A stretch of DNA of 62,486 nt, counting the filler, from a bacterium (lineage in GTDB: Bacteria > JBDRGX01): assembly GCA_043817485.1 (NCBI GenBank). It is 8 parts of 8 records of this genome, joined end to end, with 100 filler letters (N's around TTAATTAATTAA, not from the genome) between each part and the next. Parts side by side here need not be neighbours in the genome. Positions count along the whole stretch, not along the records: positions 48,826 to 53,878 come from JBDRGX010000119.1; positions 53,979 to 57,428 come from JBDRGX010000120.1; positions 57,529 to 60,187 come from JBDRGX010000121.1; positions 60,288 to 62,486 come from JBDRGX010000122.1; 4 more parts are not named here. One strand, 5' to 3'. Shown piece after piece: positions 52,169 to 61,397 of this stretch. The stretch's first letter is position 1, and each line of letters begins with the position of its first letter. Made by a program: the position numbers and the translations under genes. The notes beneath the pieces were generated by a model, which was not told the origin of the DNA, searched no databases, and worked only from the letters and a program-made list of their open reading frames with translations.

Positions 52169-52293
52169 TTTGACAACTTTAAAACAATAAAAATAAGAAT
52201 TAAAGAACCAATAATTATAAAAGCATTAAAACTTAATTCGGTTAAAAATCCTAAAATAAAATTTTTAAATTGTTTTTGCTTTGAAATTTTCAT
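52165..52293 (-). CDS. Small 42-aa single-pass membrane protein, not in the ORF track
   Basis: MKISKQKQFKNFILGFLTELSFNAFIIIGSLILIFIVLKLSK*; TAATG overlap with trkA stop and ATGA overlap with trkH start. Confidence 0.7.
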   Translation of the reverse strand: MKISKQKQFKNFILGFLTELSFNAFIIIGSLILIFIVLKLSK

Positions 52294-52955
52294 TATATTT
52301 TTCCTATTAGAGCTTTTAATAATTCTTTTTCTGTTTCTATTTTAGTAAGAGCAATAATATCATCTCCAACTTCTAAAAAAGTATTTCCCTTAGGAATAAT
52401 AATATTGTTGTCTCTTAAAATAGAAACAATTACTGAATTTTCTGGAATTTCAATTTCTTTAATTTGTTTATTTATTACGGGAGAGGTATCACTTAAATCA
52501 ACTCTAACTATGGTTAAATTTCCTCGTTTAAAAGTCATTAAATTGACAATATCGTCAAAAGAAACTTCTTCTTCTATTATTTTTGAAATCAATAAAGTGC
52601 TATTGATGCAAACATCAACACCTAATTTATAAAAAATTTGTTCTTTTTGTGGATCATTTACTTTAGTTACAGTTCGAGCTATTTTAAAATTTTCTTTGGA
52701 TAATTGTGAAATAATTAAGTTATCTTCATCAGAACTGGTTACAGATGCAATAACATCTGCATTTTCAATACCAGCTTCTATTAAGCATTTTGGATTACAT
52801 CCATCTCCTTGAATTACTACCATATCTAATTCTTCAACTATTTGACGACAAATAAAAGCATTTTTTTCTATTAAAACAACTGTATGCTTGCTTTGTAAAA
52901 GTTTTTTTGCTAAATAAAAACCAACATTTCCACCACCTACAATGATGATATGCAT
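52293..52955 (-). CDS. trkA: TrkA family RCK protein (N+C domains)
   Basis: GGGNVG, GDG, DEDNL, C-terminal IIPKG..LEVGD. Confidence 0.92.
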   Translation of the reverse strand: MHIIIVGGGNVGFYLAKKLLQSKHTVVLIEKNAFICRQIVEELDMVVIQGDGCNPKCLIEAGIENADVIASVTSSDEDNLIISQLSKENFKIARTVTKVNDPQKEQIFYKLGVDVCINSTLLISKIIEEEVSFDDIVNLMTFKRGNLTIVRVDLSDTSPVINKQIKEIEIPENSVIVSILRDNNIIIPKGNTFLEVGDDIIALTKIETEKELLKALIGKI

Positions 52956-53359
52956 TATTCTCCTTTCTGCAAAATTTTATTTTTAAGTAAATTAGCAATC
53001 AAAGAAATTCCTATAGTTTCAATATTAGATTGTTTGCAAAAATCTTCTTTATTAGATTCAGAAATTTTAGCAATAACTCTTGGAACATGATAAATTTTTT
53101 TAGCTATTTGTGATGTAATTATGTTAATATTATCATTATTAGTTAAAGCAATGAAAATATTAGCATTATCAATGTTAGCTTCTTTTAAAACACTTTCATT
53201 AAATCCATCTCCAATAATAGTTATTCCATTAAATTCTTTATCAAGTTTATTAAAAGCATTTTTGTTTTTGTCTATAATGACTATATCATTTCCTTCATAA
53301 GCTAAAAAAGTAGCAACTTTAGCTCCTAATTGACTACATCCTATGATTATAATATACAT
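52955..53359 (-). CDS. trkA: TrkA-N only potassium uptake regulator
   Basis: GCSQLG, GDG, DNINI; coupled to the downstream trkA. Confidence 0.85.
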   Translation of the reverse strand: MYIIIIGCSQLGAKVATFLAYEGNDIVIIDKNKNAFNKLDKEFNGITIIGDGFNESVLKEANIDNANIFIALTNNDNINIITSQIAKKIYHVPRVIAKISESNKEDFCKQSNIETIGISLIANLLKNKILQKGE

Positions 53360-53382
53360 ATTTGCTCCTATTTAAGATAAGA

Positions 53383-53819
53383 AAATCCGAAATCCGAATA
53401 TCGAAATACGAAACAAATTCGAATGACAAAAATTTCAATGTTCAAAACAATGAAAAAAATTAAATTGAAAATTGAAAATGAAAAATGGAATTTACTCTGG
53501 TGTTTTTTCTTCCTGGTGTTCTGGTGACTGATGCTCTTTCTTTCTGGTGACTGGTGTTCTGGTGACTGGTGACTGGTTAATTGTCAAAGACTATAATTTT
53601 CCATTTCTCATTTCCCATTTCCAATTGTTATTTACGGTTCCATTGGTAAAGGCGAATGCTGTCACCCGTGTTGTAAAGGGCAATTCATGAATTGCCCCTA
53701 CGAATTTTCAAAATCCAATTCTCTTTTTTTTCCTTCTAAAGAAAATTCAAAATACAAATGACCAAAATACGAAATAATTTTTCAATTTAAAATATTTTAT
53801 TTCTGATTGTAACTTGGTA
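53383..53819. repeat. Mosaic of short tandem repeats and a REP palindrome
   Basis: AAATCCG/CGAAAT units, GAAAATT units, CTGGTGA units, GGGCAATTCATGAATTGCCC (53678-53697), terminal GTAACTTGGTA. Confidence 0.7.
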
Positions 53820-54045
53820 TTAAAATAAATTATTTTCATAATAATGCTTATTTTTTATTAAATTGTCAAGGTTTTTGTNNNNNNNNNNNNNNNNNNNNNN
53901 NNNNNNNNNNNNNNNNNNNNNNTTAATTAATTAANNNNNNNNNNNNNNNNNNNNNNNNNNNNNNNNNNNNNNNNNNNNTAAATAAAAAATAAATTAAAAA
54001 TTTTTTTTTCATTTATTTTTTTCCTTTATCTAAAAATATAATTAG

Positions 54046-54309
54046 TTATACAATTTTTTTTAATACAGTTTTCATTAATTTAGATTTTTTTCTATTAGCA
54101 GTATTTTTATGTAAAACCCCTTTTTTAACTGCTTTATCTATTTTAGAAATAGTGTTTTTAAGTAAATCTAATTTTTGTTCTTTATTTTCATCTTTCATAT
54201 TTAAAACTTTTTTGCTTAGTGTTTTAATTCCAGATTTTATTGATGTATTATACAAATAACTTTTTTCTTCAGTTCTTAATCTTCTAAAAGCAGATTTGCG
54301 AGTAGGCAT
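54046..54309 (-). CDS. rpsT: 30S ribosomal protein S20
   Basis: KSAFRRLR, IDKAVKKGVLHKNTANRKKSKL. Confidence 0.95.
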   Translation of the reverse strand: MPTRKSAFRRLRTEEKSYLYNTSIKSGIKTLSKKVLNMKDENKEQKLDLLKNTISKIDKAVKKGVLHKNTANRKKSKLMKTVLKKIV

Positions 54310-54364
54310 GTTTTTTTTGTTCTCCTTTTTTATTTAAGTTTTTAAAAACTTTTTTAGTTTTTTT

Positions 54365-54393
54365 AAAATAAATCTTTTTTATTCTTTTGTCAA
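54365..54393 (-). promoter_or_regulatory. Putative sigma70 promoter of rpsT
   Basis: Minus strand TTGACA-17 nt-TATTTT. Confidence 0.55.
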
Positions 54394-54408
54394 GTTTTAA
54401 GTGCGTAA

Positions 54409-54433
54409 TGTGATTACTATTTTAAAATGTTAA
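54409..54433 (+). mobile_element. Isolated ISNCY/IS1202-like end
   Basis: TGTGATTACTATTTTAAAATGTTAA, 22/25 identical to 21426-21450. Confidence 0.45.
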
Positions 54434-54474
54434 TTTTTTATTTAATAATAACTACTTTTAAAAAATAATTTTAC

Positions 54475-57104
54475 CTAAAATGCAAAAAGCATATTAAAAT
54501 AAGTTGTGGTTTGTTTTTCTTTATTTATTGCAATACCTATTTTGCCTAAATCTTGCACAAAACCTAATAAAGCACCTATTTCCTGTTGTAACTCTATTCC
54601 GAAAGAAGCATATTTTGCCAAACCATAAGTTTTTTTATCTTTTTGCCAAGATAAATCAGTAAAAAAAGTAAGTCCTGTATCTCCAAGAAAAATATTAGGA
54701 TTCCATAAACCTTTTCTTATTTTACATAAAGGTAATGAATATTCAATAGTTAACACACCACCGTCTTTAATTGAAAGCGATTTTTCATATCCACGAATGG
54801 TTAAATTTTCAGTATTAGAAAACCATCTGGTTGATAAATCCAATTCACTATTATAAATGTATTTCATTACTCCAAAATTTGTATCAAAATCAAAATGGTT
54901 TTTTGATTTATGTTCTAAAATACCACCAATATCAAAGAAAAAAAATAGTTCTGGATAAGCAAATTGATAACAAAATTTAGGAATAAAACATTTTTCTGTT
55001 TTACTATATTTTTCTGCTAAAGAAACAGATAAAGAAGAAGACATTTTTGAAATTAAAGGATATGCCCAAGAACCATTAATAGATTCTTCCAAAGAATCAT
55101 ATTGAAAAACTAAAAATGATGGGCTAAAAAAATCTGTCATAAAAACAATATTCCCACTTAATTTTTTCTTAAAACTATTGTATTTTAATTTTAACTCATA
55201 AGCATTTTCACTTACTGCATCTACTCCACCAAGTGAAATAGAAAATTCTTTATCATCAATTTCAAAAAAACGATTTTTGGGCGTAAGTGTCTTAAGATTT
55301 TCAAGATAACCACATTTTTTAATTTCTGTTTTAATAGTTAAATCTTTTAGTGGATTTGGAGAATATTCTTTTAAACTAAATTCTTCGTAAACATTAACAT
55401 CCATTTTTTTTTGAAAAAGATCAAAACCATTAGCAGTTAGTCCAACAAAATAAAGCATATTTTTTTCATTATCTATTGCTGGCCAAGTAGCATAACCATT
55501 TTGAGTAATTCGATAAATCTTTTTAGTTTTTAAATTATAACTATATATACTATGGATTTTATCATAATTAGCCGAGAAAAATAACCATTGTTCAGTTAAA
55601 TAAGGGTGAATTTCATTCCAAGGTGTATCAATTATTGGTTCAATTTTTTTTTCAGATAAATTAAGTGTATACAAACTTAAATTTTGCCAATCTTTACGAG
55701 CTGAAATAACAATTTCTTTTTCAAAAATTTCTTTTGCAAAAAAATTTTTTTCAGTAATAAAAAATTCGCTAATTAAATATTCTACTTCAAATAATTTTAT
55801 TTTATTTTTGTTAGAATATATCCATATTTCTGAACCAAAACCATTTTTTTATCTTTAGTATAGATAATTTTATTATCCTCTAAAGGTGCAAAAGAACGAA
55901 TTGGTTCCTTAAAAATAACTTTTTCTTTACCAGTTAATAAATCTTTTTCATAAATAATTGAAACAAAACCAAAATTAGCAAAAGGACTACTATTATATCC
56001 TTTTTGTAGTTCTTTAATTGCATAATAAAGTTTACCATTTTTTATTTTAAGAGCCATAGAAAAAGAAGAATTTGTAGAAACAATCACTTTTTCTTTTTGT
56101 GTTATAATATCTCTTACAACAATTTCAGCAAAATTAAAAAATCTAAAAGCACTGGTTTTTTTAGGATATTCACGAATATAATAAAGCTTTTGTTGATAAA
56201 CTAATGGTGAAGAAATATCCCAACCAGTATCAGTTATTTTTTCACCTTCCATCTGCCAATCTTTTGCTTTTTTTTCTGTTTCTTTTTGCCATTCTTTGAA
56301 AAGTTGAGGAAAAGATTTTCCATAAACTTTTTTCACAGATCTATCAATTCCTAAAAAAGGAAATAAAAGCCCAGGATAAGAAAAAACAGATGAACTTTGA
56401 GTATTAAAAACTTTAGCAAACTTATCTTCACCATATTTTAAAGAAAGATATTGAAATAATTCTCCACCATAAAGATATATACCACCACCACCTGGAAATT
56501 CAAATGGTGAATAAGTAGCAGTAAAAATAGAAGGAAACTTTTTTTCTTTTGCTTTAGCCATAATACAATCATCAAAAAAACCATCGTTTAATCTACCTTC
56601 ATAATGAGAATTTTGAGATTCTCCATAAACAGTAATACCTTCTACTATCCAGCCTGGAGAAAACAAATTGGGCGCAAAAACTGATCCAAATATTGTAGTC
56701 ATAATTTTAGAAATACCTTCTGTTTGAGTCAAATGCCCCATATGAATATATTCATGCACACTAACCATTCTATTCCAATTTTCACAAAAACCAAATGAAG
56801 GAGAATAAGTATAAATACCTATATTTTTATTTATCGGATTACAGAACCCATTACTTATAGTTCCAGCATCATAAATAGTTATTGGAATATGTCCAATATT
56901 TTTATTCCCAGTTAATTTAACTACTTTTTCTCTATAAGCTTCAAGAATAGCTAATGATTGTTTTGCTTTCCACTCATAACCTAATTTATAAAAAACTGTA
57001 AAATTTTTTGTTTTCAAAGCTTGCCAATCAGCAATAGCATAGAAATTTGTGGGAATAATTATAAATAATAATAACAAAATTAAAATAATTTTTTTCTTTG
57101 TCAT
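54475..57104 (-). CDS. Outer-membrane protein with N-terminal HEXXH peptidase-like domain, TolB-like propeller and C-terminal beta-barrel; frameshift in A7 at 55844-55850
   Basis: HEYIH...WIVEG; one added A makes KDKK-NGFGSEIWIY... read through without stops into the 399-aa ORF, which ends in Phe. Confidence 0.7.
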
Positions 57105-57152
57105 ATTTTTCTTTTTTGTAATAAAATAGCCCAACAAGTTTATTATTTTTTA

Positions 57153-57250
57153 TACTAAATTGCATTTAAAATGATAACAGAGAAAGTAACAAAAAAGTAT
57201 TAACTATGTTGAAAAAATCAACATAGTTAGCACTTGAATACAACTTGGTA
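57153..57250 (-). mobile_element. MITE of the TACCAAGTTG family (reverse orientation)
   Basis: TACTAAATTGCATTTAAAATGATAA...TTAGCACTTGAATACAACTTGGTA, with an internal hairpin TAACTATGTTGA/TCAACATAGTTA. Confidence 0.7.
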
Positions 57251-57294
57251 TTAATTTATTTGTGCAAAAAGTATTACATAATTTTTACCATATA

Positions 57295-57428
57295 TTAGGT
57301 TTTTTTGCTTTCTAAATATAAAGTATCAGGGCAAAAATCTTGTCCATTTATCCATTGGATACTACCCAAAAATGGTTTTATAGAATTAAATAAACCTATC
57401 TCTTTTAATTCTCTAAATATTCCTTTAT
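57295..57428 (-). CDS. DUF2442 domain protein, 3' part (5' partial)
   Basis: KGIFRELKEIGLFNSIKPFLGSIQWINGQDFCPDTLYLESKKT*. Confidence 0.8.
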
Positions 57429-58431
57429 NNNNNNNNNNNNNNNNNNNNNNNNNNNNNNNNNNNNNNNNNNNNTTAATTAATTAANNNNNNNNNNNNNNNN
57501 NNNNNNNNNNNNNNNNNNNNNNNNNNNNGTTTCCTATACTAGTGTGAGATTAGTCTATATATGCTTATTTGTTAATCAAAATATCTTATTAATCTTAGAT
57601 ATCTTATTATAGAAACTTTTATTGACAAAATGCTCAAAAAATGAACAAAGCTAAAAAGGGCTAGAAAGAAGAAATGTAAGGTTTTTAGTCAATATCTATC
57701 ATAATTTTCTTAATTTAAATATTATAGAAACTAAGGAAGCTGGTTTTTCTCAATTTTAATAATTTTTTGTTGTAGAAAATTTTAGATAATATTTAAAATA
57801 ATGAGCTAAAAAATACATAAAATACCTTAGATGTAATAAAAGAAAATAAAATAAACTAAAGGCAAGGGGGGAGGAGAGGGGGTATAAAATGGAAAATGGA
57901 TAAAATATTTGATTAATTTATTTAAAATGTGTTGAAATTGAATAAAATAAAAACAAATAAAATAAAATAATTTGAACATGTGTATTAGGTTTAGGAGAAT
58001 TTATCACTTTTTTTGGATTTTGTGGGGGTAATAAAAACAAAGATGAATGTGATTTTGCTCGAAATGGGGTTAGTTGTCTTTTTATGCTGTTAATAAGTCA
58101 GAATTTTGGTTAATAGAAACAATAAGTTAGAGAAAGTTTGTTCAATTTTTGCACGTGTTTTTCTATTTTTGTCTTTTTTCACCTATATAATATATTATTA
58201 CTTAAGTAATAATATAATATACAGGAGACAAAAAAAGCCAGAAAATAAAAAACGCTACGGTCGCCGCAAAATCGGGGATTTTGCTGGCGACAACTGATTT
58301 TTCAAAGAGTTAGCATGGTTAAGTTAAATTATATTTCTTATTTATTATAGTTTATAAGTTTAATTATCTTAGGTATTTTAGAAAATAATTGACTAGGAAA
58401 AATTAATCTCTCGCTGATTAATCCCAAACAA

Positions 58432-58832
58432 GCTAAGTAATTGATTTTTATAGACTACCTAATTTATCCTATTTCCTAAATTAATAAAATCAACTATTTA
58501 GCAAGCAAAAAACAGGCTTTCTAGTTAAATTTTTCTAAACCTGATTTTCTACTCAATTAAGTTCTCTAAATTAATAAAATCAATTACTTAACTAGCAAAA
58601 AACAGGCTTTCTAGTTAAATTTTCCTCAAATTTGGTTTTTCTAGTTTAATAAAATCAATTACTTAACTAGTTTAAATTTTTCCTATTAAATTTTTTCCTA
58701 GTCAAGTTTAATAAAATCAACTATTTAACTAATTTAAATATTCCTAACTTAATAAAATCAACTATTTAACTAATTTAAATTTTTTTCTATTAAATTTTTC
58801 TAGCTGAATTCAATAAAATCAACTAGTTAATT
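58432..58832. repeat. Cluster of 22-bp iteron-like repeats TTAATAAAATCAAYTAYTTAAC
   Basis: Direct copies at 58481, 58571, 58646, 58708, 58749, 58810; inverted copy at 58432-58450. Confidence 0.85.
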
Positions 58833-58888
58833 AGTTAAAATATTCTAAACCATTGATTCTAAAGGCTAAAATTTGTTATATAGTATGC

Positions 58889-58917
58889 TTGACAGTAGAA
58901 TCTGACTCATGTATACT
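58889..58917 (+). promoter_or_regulatory. Near-consensus sigma70 promoter
   Basis: TTGACA-17 nt-TATACT. Confidence 0.6.
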
Positions 58918-59543
58918 TGCAAATAAGAGTTAAGGCATTGTTTTTTATTAATAAAATCCCCAAATTCTGATTTTCCTCGTTTCGGCGGCGGGAGTTTTTG
59001 ACATCCTAGCCCATTTCAAAATAGCTTCAAAAACCCCTCTAGGATCTCCAAAATCGAGATCAAATTGTCTTTGGCATAGTTTCATACCTCCCCTTCATTT
59101 TCGTTGTCAAATTTTGCAAATTTGATAGGGTTTTTGTTAAATCTTTGAAAATAAAATGAATTTGACTAATGTTGTTGAAAAATAAGACTTTGAGCTGAAT
59201 TTAGATATTTTAATAGTTTTAGATTTTATAGTTAATCCCTCTTTTTTCTCTCTTTTTTCTTTATTTTGTCTGGGTTTTGGATATTTTTCTCTTTTTGTTT
59301 TTCCAGTCAAAATATCCTCTAAGATATTGTTTTTATTAATTAAATTTAGAAAGATAAATAATATTTTTTGTTAAGTAATTGAAAACAAAGAGAATGTGTC
59401 TAATCCTATTGAAAAATAAGGTTTTTAATGCTTTTTTTAAAAAAAGTTTTAAAAATTGCTTTAGAAGTTTTAATAATTTTAGAAATTATAGAAATTGAAA
59501 AAAAAAGAAAATTTATGCAGTCAAAACTAAGGTGTTTTTTGTA

Positions 59544-59699
59544 TGAAAAGTTTTGCATAGTTTATTTTATTTTATTTATTTGGTGTCATTTTAGGTCATT
59601 TTTTGTCATTTATTTTTTTATATGTGAAAAGTTTTGCATAATTTATTTTATTTTATTTCTTTTTTTGTGTCATTTTAGGTCATTTTTTGTCATTTATTT
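59544..59699. repeat. Imperfect tandem duplication, period 81 bp
   Basis: TGAAAAGTTTTGCATA...GTGTCATTTTAGGTCATTTTTTGTCATTTATTT occurs twice. Confidence 0.85.
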
Positions 59700-60355
59700 C
59701 CCTTATTATTTTATTTTATTATATTATATTTTTTTTTGGGGAGTGTAAAGTTTTTTGACGAAATTTGAGATATTTTATTTTATTTGATTTAATTTTATTG
59801 GATTTTATTTGATTTTCCTGTTTAAATTTTGCACAAATGTTAATAAAATATTGTTCATTTTTTGATCAACTTAAAAATGACTGATTTTAAAGTGTGAATA
59901 TTGTTTACAGAAAAAATGAAAATATTTTTAGGGATTTTTTGGAGTATTTTTTGAGATAATAAAAACAATGGGATAGAAATTTGTTGAACTTCTTTTTTTG
60001 AAAATTATAAAAAATTCTCCGAGATTTAGCAAAAAGTTTTTCCAGAATTTTCTAAAAAATTCTCTAGGGTTTTAATTTTTTTATAAAAAGGGGAAATAAA
60101 TGACAAAGAATAACTTGATAAATCTTTTTAAAATTTTGTTAAGTATTTGATTTTATTATAAAAATTTGTTAGACTTATTTTCTTAAANNNNNNNNNNNNN
60201 NNNNNNNNNNNNNNNNNNNNNNNNNNNNNNNTTAATTAATTAANNNNNNNNNNNNNNNNNNNNNNNNNNNNNNNNNNNNNNNNNNNNTGGATTGAAGAAA
60301 TGATAATATTGGGAAAGATATAATAGAAGTTTATATAGGAGATTTATTATAAAAA

Positions 60356-61369
60356 ATGACTAAACAAGAAATTCGTAAAAACAATTTATATCTTAATACG
60401 CCTGAATTAGAACATTTAAATATATGTCAAAATATAGAATTTTATCCTAAATTAGGAAAAACTAATAAATATGATCCTGTTATATATGGAGAAAATTTAT
60501 TTCCACTTCCAAAATTAATTATGTTGGAAACAACTTCTTGGTGTAATTTAAGTTGTAGATTTTGCCCATCAAAAGATTTAAAAAGAGAAAAAGAAATTAT
60601 GCCAATGGAACTTTTTATAAAAATTGTTGATGAACTAGATAGAATAAAATGGTTTGGTGAGTTACAATTATTTAATTCTAATGAACCTCTTTTGGATCCA
60701 TTATTAATTCAACGAATAAAATATATTAAAAAATTGCCTTTTTTAAAAAAATCTTTTATTGGCGTAATGACGAATATGAAAAAATTAACAAAAAAGATTT
60801 TAAATGAATTATATCTTTCTGGGCTTGATCAATTGGTTTGCGATAATTATTTTCCAGATAACATATCTTGTAAATATATAAAAATGTTTAAAGATTTTGA
60901 AAATAATTTTGTTGAAAGAAAAATAACTTTTATTGATAACTATAAATTTTATAATAAATTAAAAATTAATAGAAAAGATTTTAATATAATGTTTTTTCAA
61001 AAATTTGGTAAAAATACTTCAAAAGTATTTGGTAAGAATTTTACATCGCGCTTACAATTAATTACAACTGGTAAAAAGTTAGAAAATTTTAAAAAAAGAA
61101 TGTGTATTCGTCCGTTTAGACATATAACAATTACATATAATGGTAAAATACTTTCTTGTTGTGACGAATGGCTATATGATCCCAGAAGTATAATGGGCGA
61201 TCTTAATAAAAACACACTAATTGAAATATGGAATGGAAAACCTTTTTTTGTTTTAAGATATAGATTGCTACAATATGATCGATCTTTTTATCCTTGTAAT
61301 AAATGTGATAATCATGGTGAACCATTTTGGTTTAATTGTAGATCAGTTTCCAAAGAAGGATTATTTTAA
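60356..61369 (+). CDS. Radical SAM protein with SPASM/Twitch domain
   Basis: ETTSWCNLSCRFCP, NEPLLDP, CIRPF..ITI..NG....CC...GDL...L.EIWNG...CNKC. Confidence 0.9.
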   Translation: MTKQEIRKNNLYLNTPELEHLNICQNIEFYPKLGKTNKYDPVIYGENLFPLPKLIMLETTSWCNLSCRFCPSKDLKREKEIMPMELFIKIVDELDRIKWFGELQLFNSNEPLLDPLLIQRIKYIKKLPFLKKSFIGVMTNMKKLTKKILNELYLSGLDQLVCDNYFPDNISCKYIKMFKDFENNFVERKITFIDNYKFYNKLKINRKDFNIMFFQKFGKNTSKVFGKNFTSRLQLITTGKKLENFKKRMCIRPFRHITITYNGKILSCCDEWLYDPRSIMGDLNKNTLIEIWNGKPFFVLRYRLLQYDRSFYPCNKCDNHGEPFWFNCRSVSKEGLF

Positions 61370-61397
61370 TATAACAAAAGAAGTAAAGGTATAATTA

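Noticed and set aside
58432-58832. Possible CRISPR or other guide-RNA array
   Set aside because: Spacing is irregular (41-90 bp), intervening sequences resemble each other, and no cas or effector gene is present.
58106-59748. ORFs 58106-58297 and 59428-59748
   Set aside because: Low-complexity translations of palindromic or tandem-repeat DNA with no RBS or recognisable motifs.
13737-60287. Seven copies of TTAATTAATTAA within N runs
   Set aside because: Artificial contig linkers; gene adjacency across them has no biological meaning.
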